From positions 1 to 64,000 of IMG/VR virus record IMGVR_UViG_3300045988_027877: a stretch of 64,000 nucleotides of DNA; one strand, given 5' to 3'. The position numbers and the translations under genes were made by a program. Every line of letters starts with the position of its first letter. The first letter of the stretch is position 1. This stretch comes from a virus. Below the pieces are notes generated by a model that was not told the DNA's origin, did not search any database, and saw nothing but the letters and a program-made list of their open reading frames with translations. Shown piece by piece: positions 1 through 7,749 of the stretch.

Positions 1-42
1 ACTTTTTTTCTTTTTCATTTTGATAATGATTTTGTTAATAAA

Positions 43-357
43 TTATTTAATAGTATCACCTACAAAGTATACGTCTATATACAAATAGTATGCGACATAT
101 GCTTTATATTCATCACCTGTAACAGGATTTACTAAACACAGTACGTATGTATCATCATCTTCTTGATACTTATTACTTACTAAATAGTGTTTATACCTTA
201 CTTGTAGATCTACAAAGCCTAATGGTTCATATTTCTTTCTGAAATTAAATGGTGAACCAAATATTGCACCAGCAATAATAGCAAGTAGAAGAGCGACACA
301 CAGGAAATTACTTATTCTGTTGAGTACGCTTCGATGTTTAGTCACTTGTACTGTCAT
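43..357 (-). CDS. hypothetical small membrane protein
   Basis: 104-aa ORF with ATG start and TAA stop. Hydrophobic N-terminal segment FLCVALLLAIIAGAIFG. Its start overlaps the stop of the upstream small ORF (ATGA). Confidence 0.5.
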   Translation of the reverse strand: MTVQVTKHRSVLNRISNFLCVALLLAIIAGAIFGSPFNFRKKYEPLGFVDLQVRYKHYLVSNKYQEDDDTYVLCLVNPVTGDEYKAYVAYYLYIDVYFVGDTIK

Positions 358-452
358 TTGTTAATCTCCTTCCATAGTTTAATGCATTCGTATACTGTTA
401 TATATACTACGTATACTGCTGCAACAATTGATAAGACTTGGAATATTGTCAT
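354..452 (-). CDS. hypothetical 32-aa single-pass membrane peptide
   Basis: Manual translation of the minus strand gives MTIFQVLSIVAAVYVVYITVYECIKLWKEINK, with a TGA stop overlapping the ATG of 43..357. Below the ORF-track length cutoff. Confidence 0.3.
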   Translation of the reverse strand: MTIFQVLSIVAAVYVVYITVYECIKLWKEINK

Positions 453-454
453 AT

Positions 455-661
455 TTAACGTATTTGTAATAAATAAGCGGACACATCTCTGATAGCAATA
501 TTTGATATTAATACTATATCACATATTTCAGTAAATGTATATCTTAATCTATTATTCATACGTATAAATATATCATATAACTCTTCTCTTGATGCATTTA
601 GCAATTGCTGCATATGCATACTAAAGAAATAGTTATATAATTGTTCGTAACTCCACTGCAT
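455..661 (-). CDS. hypothetical protein
   Basis: 68-aa ORF with TAA stop, packed against the downstream small ORFs. Confidence 0.4.
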   Translation of the reverse strand: MQWSYEQLYNYFFSMHMQQLLNASREELYDIFIRMNNRLRYTFTEICDIVLISNIAIRDVSAYLLQIR

Positions 662-1109
662 AATATAGATTATTAGTTAATACTCTCAAATAATTTAAAT
701 ACATTCGCTTCACATGCAAACCAGGAAGATTTATTAGAACATGTTACTAGACACCATCACCGCGTTGAGGTTGTATTTATTGAATGGTGGAAAGACGAGC
801 CCGTGACAGTGAACTCGTCTTTAATTATACACAATCCATTAGAGATCACTACTCTCTAGTATCTATTATGTTTTTAAGGCTCCGTTTAAAGTCTTTAACT
901 TCTGGGTATAAATTAGTGTTATTCATACTTGCAACTATCACTTGCTACACCTGGATAGTAAAGGTTTTGTGCACATTAAGTTCATGAATTTGGCATATAA
1001 TGCCGTTAACTTTGACTCTGCATTTCTATTGCTGACTTGTCACAGCCTTCGGTAGCATTAAAGTTGTAGCTATTTATATTCCGTTGCTACAAGCGGTGAG
1101 ATCAGATTA
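662..1109. other. long noncoding region with several perfect hairpins (candidate structured RNA or replication/control region)
   Basis: In 662-900 all three minus-strand frames are closed by frequent TAA/TGA, even when TAG is treated as sense. Hairpins seen: caccat..atggtg (~753-790), gacgag..ctcgtc (~794-819), ggcat-ata-atgcc (~992-1004), ttgtagc..gctacaa (~1063-1091). Confidence 0.35.
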
Positions 1110-1304
1110 TATCAAAAGTATAACCAGCAGAACTGAATATACCTTTAAGCTGTTCAATGTTTAGATCTGCAACTTTACCTTTATATATTAGATGCATTGG
1201 AAATGTTAAATTATCTCCTCTACTGTATTCATCTACTATATCTTTAGCATATTTTAAATCTAAACTAAATAGTTCTTTATAGATTGGTTCAACCTATTAG
1301 ATAG

Positions 1305-1334
1305 GATTTTAGAAAAGGGAGCAAAAAGGCTCCC
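1305..1334 (-). terminator. rho-independent terminator (minus strand)
   Basis: On the minus strand: GGGAGC-CTTTTT-GCTCCC followed by TTTTCT. The stem begins on the last base of the TAG that closes ORF 1334..1525. Confidence 0.6.
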
Positions 1335-1525
1335 TAATCCTTAGTATAATGTAATTCTCTGAATATAGCACCAGCAAATAAACACATTATAGATGCTACT
1401 ACTGGGCTGACTGAATTAGCTTCAGAAACACAAGATGCAGACAATAAAAAGCCTACTACAAATAACAGCAATGCTGCTCCAAGTAAAATACCAAATTTCA
1501 TAGTCTTTTTATTTTTCGTTAGCAT
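1334..1525 (-). CDS. hypothetical two-helix membrane protein, closed by TAG
   Basis: 63-aa ORF with hydrophobic stretches FGILLGAALLLFVVGFLL and VVASIMCLFAGAIF. The stop codon is TAG (plus strand cta at 1334-1336), immediately followed by a terminator hairpin. Confidence 0.5.
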   Translation of the reverse strand: MLTKNKKTMKFGILLGAALLLFVVGFLLSASCVSEANSVSPVVASIMCLFAGAIFRELHYTKD

Positions 1526-1691
1526 TCTTGATTAATATTAGTATGATATACCAAATGGATATCATCAACGAGAAGATCAGTAAATATTTACCGAAAGTTC
1601 CGAGTTTGTGACTATCTGCAATTAAATTTGCAGTAATCCCGGCACAGAAAAAGTTATAAACCATGCCAACATAGAGTATAATTCTATTCAT
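1509..1691 (-). CDS. hypothetical two-helix membrane protein
   Basis: 60-aa ORF with TAA stop. Hydrophobic segments; overlaps the start of 1334..1525. Confidence 0.5.
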   Translation of the reverse strand: MNRIILYVGMVYNFFCAGITANLIADSHKLGTFGKYLLIFSLMISIWYIILILIKNANEK

Positions 1692-2134
1692 TTTATAATA
1701 AATTATTGATTAATGTTATTACTTATCATGCTTTATTAAGCAACTACGCAGATAGTACATGACGTGAGCTCGGTTCGGCTCGTAATTATGTATTTATCTG
1801 CGCATACATAATATTGCCACGATGTCCTTTTAGGGCGCGGACTAGCCTGCCAATATGGAGTTTCAAATGAAATGCAAATTAAGCCTTTTAGAGTCTTGCT
1901 TAGGACTATAATATTGAGCGCTTTTCACTTCGGTGGGCTTGCTCAATCCCACGCCACAACTTATACTGGTTTTCACAGACGTGTGGTGTTTTTAAATTAT
2001 AGATGCATAACTTGTAAGTTTAAAGTATATACGCTTACAACTATTTGGTTAGACATATAATTATTGAAATTCGACTATCTTAATCTATTGCTTCCAATGT
2101 TAAGGTCGGAATGAGGGATTTCTCCCTCATATTC
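1692..2134. other. long noncoding, relatively GC-rich structured region (candidate ncRNA)
   Basis: About 440 nt with no credible ORF, between two minus-strand genes. A 55-nt hairpin has an 8-bp outer stem cgcagata..tatctgcg (1746-1800). A second hairpin, ttgagc..cac-ttcg-gtg..gctcaa (~1913-1945), has a UUCG loop and G-U pairs that exist only on the plus-strand reading. Confidence 0.35.
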
Positions 2135-2974
2135 TTAACGACGTCTACGACGTGGTTGTGTTTGTTCTCCTTCGAACTCATTAGTTAACAATTCATCTCC
2201 GCCGGTTTGGTCATTCTCTTTGGGCGCATTTGCAGTAGCTTTCTTCTCCTCTAGTTTCAGTTGCATTGCACACGGTACAATCATTTTACCGCTACCCGCT
2301 TGAGTTTCAAGCCCATTAGTATAGGCTCTAGCCGCTTTGCGCACTACGTTTTCCGTTGGTATGTCTATACCATTTGCGTCAGTTTTGCAAATAGATGTTA
2401 CCCAGATAGACCGAAAAACTTTGCGTTTTAACGGGTCGTTAGGAAGAGTTTCGTCACCCGTTTGGGCTATTATCCAATCTCCTTCCTTAACTCCGTCTCC
2501 GTCTTTTGTATAACGTCTAAAATACGGTTCGGGTGTTTCTTGCTCAAACCTATTGAGATTAATAGTAGGAAAAATAGGTTTTTCCCCTTTCCTTTCCCGT
2601 TCTTCGTTTTTATCCAATAAAGACAGAAAAACGTCGCAAATTTGCGAAGTGTTTGGGAACAAAATAGTTCTAAAAGGCGATATATTAGATTTATTAGCTA
2701 TTTCGCTAATATCTCCTCCCTCAAGAATTAATTTGTTTAGGTCCTCTTCACTCATTGCATTGCTTTCCGTGTTAATCGGATTTGCAGTAATTAAAAAACA
2801 GTATTCAATATCATTGAAACCGTCTTTAATTTCGTACTCTAGCATTGATGTTATTTGGCACTTCACTTCAATATTTAGATACCTGAAACACAACCGTACC
2901 AACGTGGCACGTGTGGGGGTATCTCCTCCGTATCCATATATCGGGGAGTGATTTGGGTGCAGCTTCACGAACAC
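2135..2974 (-). CDS. hypothetical protein, compositionally atypical (higher GC), C-terminal Arg run
   Basis: 279-aa ORF from a GTG start with TAA stop. A more likely ATG start is at 2845 (MLEYEIKDG), which would leave a GC-rich leader of about 170 nt. No TAG codons. Confidence 0.55.
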   Translation of the reverse strand: MFVKLHPNHSPIYGYGGDTPTRATLVRLCFRYLNIEVKCQITSMLEYEIKDGFNDIEYCFLITANPINTESNAMSEEDLNKLILEGGDISEIANKSNISPFRTILFPNTSQICDVFLSLLDKNEERERKGEKPIFPTINLNRFEQETPEPYFRRYTKDGDGVKEGDWIIAQTGDETLPNDPLKRKVFRSIWVTSICKTDANGIDIPTENVVRKAARAYTNGLETQAGSGKMIVPCAMQLKLEEKKATANAPKENDQTGGDELLTNEFEGEQTQPRRRRR

Positions 2975-3027
2975 GCAACCCCTCTCTCAAAATTTTACCT
3001 CCCCTAAAAATTTTTATATAATTTTTT

Positions 3028-3090
3028 TGTTAAATAATGTTAAATAATCACTGTTAAATAGCTCTAAACATTGTTAATAATTGTTAACAA
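3028..3090. promoter_or_regulatory. array of five direct TGTTAA(A/T/C)A repeats in the divergent intergenic region
   Basis: Copies start at 3028, 3038, 3052, 3072 and 3082 (spacings 10, 14, 20, 10 bp). The last copy is TGTTAACAA, which contains the palindrome GTTAAC. The array lies between the minus-strand and plus-strand gene blocks. Confidence 0.5.
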
Positions 3091-3213
3091 ATAGGTAACC
3101 AAACACAGGTATTAGACGTTTATATGGGGGTAAGGGGGTTACTAAGTAAGTAGTATATAGTTAGTTTAACATACAACTACTCTTACTTTAGATTATTACT
3201 TTAAAGTATAACT

Positions 3214-3483
3214 ATGATTAAGATAGAAAATAAGTTATTACAGTTAATAGAGAATGCAGTAGATGCAGAATTATCATCTAGAAGTCCATTACTGAAATCT
3301 TACTCTAAAGAAGTAAGTGTATACGTTAGTAAAAACACCTTTAGTAAGATAGTAGAACAGATGGATATTAAGTTTAAAGATGTGTCTACTATGGATTTTA
3401 GGACTACTGGTGGAGTAACGGTATCTATTTATATCGCCAATATTCCTGATGATATGTTTGATATAGGTATATTTAACAGTTGA
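3214..3483 (+). CDS. hypothetical protein
   Basis: 89-aa ORF and the first gene of the plus-strand block; TGA stop overlaps the next start. Confidence 0.5.
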   Translation: MIKIENKLLQLIENAVDAELSSRSPLLKSYSKEVSVYVSKNTFSKIVEQMDIKFKDVSTMDFRTTGGVTVSIYIANIPDDMFDIGIFNS

Positions 3484-3674
3484 TTATGCATAAGATAAAT
3501 AACAATACAGCTTACTCTGGTAAGTATATAGATTATGATAATAAGAAGTATTTCTTAGCACCTGAGAGAAGTACTTTAGGTTGTAGTGGTTGTTCCTTAG
3601 TAGGTAAAGGTAAATGTACTAAGAAAGTAACAGACTACTGTACTCAGGGTTACATATTAGTAGAAGTGAAGTAA
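3480..3674 (+). CDS. small Cys-rich protein (CxxC ... C ... C)
   Basis: 64-aa ORF. C-terminal part is YFLAPERSTLGCSGCSLVGKGKCTKKVTDYCTQGYILVEVK. Paralogous to the next ORF. Confidence 0.5.
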   Translation: MIMHKINNNTAYSGKYIDYDNKKYFLAPERSTLGCSGCSLVGKGKCTKKVTDYCTQGYILVEVK

Positions 3675-3675
3675 T

Positions 3676-3915
3676 ATGTTAGTGAACATTAATACAGAAT
3701 TAGGTATGACGATATACGATCCAGAACTAGCAGAGATAATTAAAGAGCGTACTCCGGTTGATATAGCTGGAACATCTTACTACATAGAACCGGCTAGAGG
3801 AGGTTCTTGTGATGGTTGTGAGTTTAATGGTAAGAAGTGCCCTTAGAGAGCTATTACTTTTTGCACTTCTAATGGTGGAAATATACTGATTAAAGCGGAA
3901 CCACAGAGTAAATAA
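3676..3915 (+). CDS. small Cys-rich protein, paralog of 3480..3674 (one in-frame TAG)
   Basis: Manual translation gives MLVNINTELG...YYIEPARGGSCDGCEFNGKKCP[TAG]RAITFCTSNGGNILIKAEPQSK with TAA stop. The Cys pattern aligns with the upstream paralog only if TAG at 3844-3846 is read through. Confidence 0.5.
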
Positions 3916-3949
3916 TACGTTATAAGGGAATAAACTAAGTTAAAATATT

Positions 3950-4300
3950 ATGGAAGATAAAGTACTAGAAACAGTAGTTGACGGCATTAAGTGGAATATG
4001 TTAAAGGATGTGTTGGTTAAACCACTGCCTGCAATTATGGTTACTAAGGAGTTTACAGAACAAGTACCTAACGGTAAAGTAGATGAAGAAGGATTTAACG
4101 AGTATGATACTAAGACAGAGATAAAAGAGGTAGAATCTGATTGGGCTACTGGTATCGTACTAAAGATTCCTTCACATCTAAAGGATGTTGAGTTCAAAGT
4201 AGGTGATACAGTTGCTTATAATAAGAAATTTGCAATGTATTTTGACCTAGTAAAAGATACTCAGTTAGTGAAACCTTATGATCTTATTGCCGTTAAGTAA
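3950..4300 (+). CDS. putative GroES/gp31-like co-chaperonin
   Basis: 116 aa. LVKPL...GIVLKIP...FKVGDTVAY...YDLIAVK resembles the GroES pattern (GIVL, VKVGD.V, DILAIV). Recognition by eye only. Confidence 0.45.
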   Translation: MEDKVLETVVDGIKWNMLKDVLVKPLPAIMVTKEFTEQVPNGKVDEEGFNEYDTKTEIKEVESDWATGIVLKIPSHLKDVEFKVGDTVAYNKKFAMYFDLVKDTQLVKPYDLIAVK

Positions 4301-4332
4301 TATGTCTATTAAATATGTTTAACATATTGAGA

Positions 4333-4361
4333 GAGCTCGACGAAAGTCGGGCTTTCTTTTT
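4333..4361 (+). terminator. rho-independent terminator
   Basis: agctcgac-gaaa-gtcgggct (8-bp stem including one G-U, GNRA loop) followed by ttcttttta. Confidence 0.6.
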
Positions 4362-4374
4362 ATATATTAATTAA

Positions 4375-4410
4375 TTGTTAACAAATGTTAAAAGCTATTA
4401 ACAATTTTAA
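4375..4410. promoter_or_regulatory. second phased T(G/A)TTAA repeat array
   Basis: TGTTAACAAA (4375), TGTTAAAAGC (4385) and TATTAACAAT (4395) at exact 10-bp phase, plus a degenerate fourth copy. Shares TGTTAACAA with the array at 3028-3090. Confidence 0.45.
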
Positions 4411-4517
4411 CATTCTAGCGTTTATTAGGCATATGGAAAAATTAATAGTTGTGGGTCTCTGCTTTTCCATGATATGGCTTGCCATATGGGGACTCGGTAA
4501 TAAAAATAGAGATTAAT

Positions 4518-4898
4518 ATGAAGTACACTTTTAATAGAGATTTTGGCTTTTTCAAAGCAAACGATAGCCTTACTTGGGATGAAGAACTCGGTGCTTTTAC
4601 TATGGATGTAAAAGACGAGAATGGTTTTAGATCTGCAATGCTTGATGAGAGAACAGCTGAAGACATGTACAGTGAAGGTATTTTGTCAGTTGGTATCGAA
4701 CCAAGAGATAATAAGATTGATAAAACTGTTGAGTTTATTGACACTCTTCTTGATACTTATGCTAAGGACTACGAAGAGATGAAGAAAAAGGCTGATAAAG
4801 GTGAAGTTCAACCGTGTGTTAAGGTTGAAGCTGAAACCGTTTATTATAATCTTACTAAGGTATTAACTAGAATCAAAGACGAATTGACCAATGAATAA
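4518..4898 (+). CDS. hypothetical protein
   Basis: In-frame ATG within track ORF 4479..4898 (MKYTFNRDF...); TAA stop. Confidence 0.5.
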   Translation: MKYTFNRDFGFFKANDSLTWDEELGAFTMDVKDENGFRSAMLDERTAEDMYSEGILSVGIEPRDNKIDKTVEFIDTLLDTYAKDYEEMKKKADKGEVQPCVKVEAETVYYNLTKVLTRIKDELTNE

Positions 4899-5283
4899 AT
4901 TAGTAAAAGCGGTATCTAAATCCGAATTACTAATGGAATTCTTAAAAAGTCTTAATGGTATACTTGACTTAACTAATAGGGAAATGGAGTTGTTAGCCTG
5001 CTTAATAGAGTTAGATGTTAACACTCCTAGACTCCCTAACATTGATAGGAATGTAATATCTACTGAGAATAGAAAGTATGTTAATCGTACTTTAGGCATT
5101 ACTCCGGATAATTTAAGTAGGTACATAGCTAAGTTTAAGGCTTAGGGTATACTACAGAAAGGTAGAGGAGAGAATGAAGTACATGTTAATAAAGCTTTGA
5201 TTCCAGAGATAATCGGAGATAGAGTACAAGTAACAATAATACTAAAAGTAAAGAAAGATGAAGATGAGATCACTGCTAATTGA
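4891..5283 (+). CDS. putative winged-helix DNA-binding regulator (one in-frame TAG)
   Basis: LGITPDNLSRYIAKFKA[TAG]GILQKGRGENEVHVNKALIPE looks like a MarR-type recognition helix plus wing. The wing is encoded only if TAG at 5143-5145 is sense. TGA stop at 5281. Confidence 0.45.
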
Positions 5284-5644
5284 TGCAGGTTCAATCATAC
5301 TTTGGAAAGACTATAACATACTAAACAGATTATGGCACAAATTAAGGGGTAAAGCATTGGCATTCAACAGGTTCTCTGTAGTAGGGCAGAGAACCGAGCT
5401 CCTTACTTCAGATGCACTTACTGATGTTATAGTATATGAACCCATCAAAAAGTATAGTAAATCAGAGAGTAACAAACTAAGATGTATATCATATAATTTA
5501 GCTTCTACTAAGGATTGGAATGAAGTAGTTACTGTGATTAACCTGATTAGACCAAATACTCTAAATATTGACAGTAGTGTTGAGAAATGTAAATACTACA
5601 AGAAAGTTGACTGGAATGAGAAACTAGACGAGTATATATACTAA
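5258..5644 (+). CDS. hypothetical protein
   Basis: 128-aa ORF with TAA stop. Confidence 0.45.
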   Translation: MKMRSLLIDAGSIILWKDYNILNRLWHKLRGKALAFNRFSVVGQRTELLTSDALTDVIVYEPIKKYSKSESNKLRCISYNLASTKDWNEVVTVINLIRPNTLNIDSSVEKCKYYKKVDWNEKLDEYIY

Positions 5645-5822
5645 ATTAAGTAATAAGTATAATATACCATATCAAGTAATAGAAGTAATATGCAACAGTC
5701 CATTTAAGTTCGCGAATCAATCTATAAGTAATTTAGACCCTAAACCCGTCATGTTTGCTTACTTAGGTAAAATAAAGATAAAGAAACGTTATGAAGAAGA
5801 TGCCAAAAGTAGATGCGTATGA
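5616..5822 (+). CDS. hypothetical small protein (one in-frame TAG)
   Basis: Manual translation gives MRN[TAG]TSIYTKLSNKYNIPYQVIEVICNSPFKFANQSISNLDPKPVMFAYLGKIKIKKRYEEDAKSRCV with TGA stop. It fills a gap that otherwise looks empty. Confidence 0.35.
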
Positions 5823-6258
5823 CCCAGTAATATACCCTAGAATGTTGTGGGTAGCTGGACAAGTAGAAGGACTAGATAAGATATTCATCTTTAATAAGAT
5901 GGAAGATACTTCAGAAGAGGATCCAAATGGTTACAAGAGCTTACTCTATGAATCAGAGCATGGAACAGGAGTATTAGTTACAGCTCCGGTTACTAAGAAA
6001 TCTGACAGAACTAAAGGAGCTCTAGTAATAATACTAGATTGGGATGCATTACAAGGTGGAGATGAAGCACACGAGGCTGTACATGCAGCAGATTATATAT
6101 TTGATGAATTAGGCATGTATACACAGTCTTTCGCTAATCACAATGAGCAATACGCTTACTTAGTTGGATGGATAGCTGGTTGCATTAGTAAAACAATAAT
6201 AAAATTAAAACAATATGACACACGAAGAGAGTCTGATGATGTGGAAGATAGAGCTTGA
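5791..6258 (+). CDS. hypothetical protein with HExxH motif (possible metallopeptidase)
   Basis: 155 aa containing GGDEAHEAVHAADYIF (HEAVH). Confidence 0.4.
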   Translation: MKKMPKVDAYDPVIYPRMLWVAGQVEGLDKIFIFNKMEDTSEEDPNGYKSLLYESEHGTGVLVTAPVTKKSDRTKGALVIILDWDALQGGDEAHEAVHAADYIFDELGMYTQSFANHNEQYAYLVGWIAGCISKTIIKLKQYDTRRESDDVEDRA

Positions 6259-6625
6259 CAACTTTAATAAGTTAGGTACAGACAAGGCTTCCAAAGATAT
6301 TAAGAAACTATATGAAGTACTTGATAAGGTAATTACAGCTGGTACTATTACTTACGAGGATTTTACTAAGGATATGATAGATGAATTGACTACTTTAATG
6401 GTTGAGGCTGGTAAAGAGGGAAAAGAGCTCGATAGAGCTACTGAAGTTGATACTATTTGCAAACGTTTAACTGAGAAGTATGAAGCGAAATATAACGAAG
6501 GAGAGTCTGTAGAAGGAGATCCGGAACTTTCAACAGATAATTCACAGATACAGGACGAATCGGGAGTATGTGAACCCGAATGTGCCTCTGAAGAGAGCAG
6601 AGGAGATACTCCAGAGATTGGTTAA
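6215..6625 (+). CDS. hypothetical acidic protein
   Basis: 136-aa ORF; an alternative in-frame ATG is at 6236. Confidence 0.45.
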   Translation: MTHEESLMMWKIELDNFNKLGTDKASKDIKKLYEVLDKVITAGTITYEDFTKDMIDELTTLMVEAGKEGKELDRATEVDTICKRLTEKYEAKYNEGESVEGDPELSTDNSQIQDESGVCEPECASEESRGDTPEIG

Positions 6626-6657
6626 GGAAGATTATTTAGGTTATAGAATATAATAAC

Positions 6658-6984
6658 ATGGAAAAGATAATTATAAGCAAATCAGGTTTTATGGTATTTG
6701 ATACTGAAACCAACGTAGTAAGAAGACCCATTGACCTTTACTTTACTAATAGAGTAGCAAGAGTAGATAAAGGAGGGCAAGTAATCACTGATGATGAAAT
6801 AATTGATGTAGAGCCTAACAGTTATGTGACCGTATTTAATGCATATGACGAAGCAGGGTATACTAGAAGTAAAGTAGTTGTTATTAGTGATCCAGCCACA
6901 GTTCATGATCTAGACGAGTTCTACACTGAAACTAGAGAAGGATTAAAATCTGAAGAATACAAAACATACAATGAAGCTGTTTGA
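6658..6984 (+). CDS. hypothetical protein
   Basis: 108-aa ORF that overlaps the next gene. Confidence 0.45.
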   Translation: MEKIIISKSGFMVFDTETNVVRRPIDLYFTNRVARVDKGGQVITDDEIIDVEPNSYVTVFNAYDEAGYTRSKVVVISDPATVHDLDEFYTETREGLKSEEYKTYNEAV

Positions 6985-7501
6985 TATACTTGGTGGTAAA
7001 GTAATAATTCATTCGGACGCCTTAGGTATCCCATGTTTTAAAAAGATATGGGATGCCGATAAGGCAGACAAAGAGCACGCTACTAAAGTAATCAGTTACA
7101 TAGTATTGAAGAACAAATGGGATAGTCCATATGTACTTAGTATGAACTCTGATTCTATAGAGACTAAGCTCAAAGAAGAATTATTCAATGACGTCAACTA
7201 CAGTCTTACTGATGATGAACTGCTTTGTGAAGAGCAATATAAGCAATTCTGCGATACTAACCTACTTAAGATGTTACGTAATATGCGTCGTAAACTAGAC
7301 AGTTTTAGCGATTACTATGAACAATCTCTAGGTGAGGAACTAGATGAAAAGAAGATCGAGAAGTACTTAGCTGGGTTCGAGAAGGTAAAAGGATCCTATA
7401 TTACTTTAGATTTCTTGGAGAAAGCAGTTAAGACAGAAGAGCTTACAACATCTAAGGTTAAGGGTGATTCTAAGATCAATCCTTATGAGTTGGCAAAATA
7501 A
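6971..7501 (+). CDS. hypothetical protein
   Basis: 176-aa ORF with no TAG. It is the last sizeable gene before the tRNA, endonuclease and terL. A small-terminase role is possible from position only. Confidence 0.45.
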   Translation: MKLFDILGGKVIIHSDALGIPCFKKIWDADKADKEHATKVISYIVLKNKWDSPYVLSMNSDSIETKLKEELFNDVNYSLTDDELLCEEQYKQFCDTNLLKMLRNMRRKLDSFSDYYEQSLGEELDEKKIEKYLAGFEKVKGSYITLDFLEKAVKTEELTTSKVKGDSKINPYELAK

Positions 7502-7561
7502 TACAGTAAAAAATAACCAGAATTAAACAACACGTTATAGGTGTTATAAATAGAACTAAAT

Positions 7562-7699
7562 ATGAAAAAGCAATTGATTATTACAATAGACGCTACGCAG
7601 GGTTCAGAAAAAGCTTGGGCGGATATTAATGAAGCACATGAAGCAATAATGAAGGCGAATAAGCCTTCATTGTGGCAAAGAATTAAATCTTGGTTCTAA
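7562..7699 (+). CDS. hypothetical 45-aa protein
   Basis: Manual translation gives MKKQLIITIDATQGSEKAWADINEAHEAIMKANKPSLWQRIKSWF with TAA stop, followed by hairpin gtccg..cggac. Confidence 0.3.
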   Translation: MKKQLIITIDATQGSEKAWADINEAHEAIMKANKPSLWQRIKSWF

Positions 7700-7749
7700 T
7701 AACCAAAAGGTCCGACGGGGACGGACAATAAGTATTCCCCGGCACATAT

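Noticed and set aside
784-987. Plus-strand ORFs 784..987 and 1872..2060 inside the two long noncoding regions.
   Set aside because: They run opposite to all neighbouring genes, have implausible composition, lack start context, and overlap the hairpin-rich segments. I treat the regions as noncoding.
1108-1291. Open minus-strand reading frame encoding VEPIYKELFSLDLKYAKDIVDEYSRGDNLTFPMHLIYKGKVADLNIEQLKGIFSSAGYTFDII.
   Set aside because: The sequence looks protein-like, but the frame is closed by TAA-TAG immediately upstream and has no start codon before an internal ATG (30 aa). It also lies downstream of a terminator. It could be a gene remnant or use a mechanism I cannot support (a +1 shift from the TAG read-through frame of 1334..1525), so I did not call it as a CDS.
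7700-7749. A second tRNA or tRNA-like element just upstream of the suppressor tRNA.
   Set aside because: Only two mutually exclusive simple hairpins can be drawn (gtccg/cggac and cgggga/tccccg). There is no T-loop or acceptor stem. It is more likely a terminator or processing structure.
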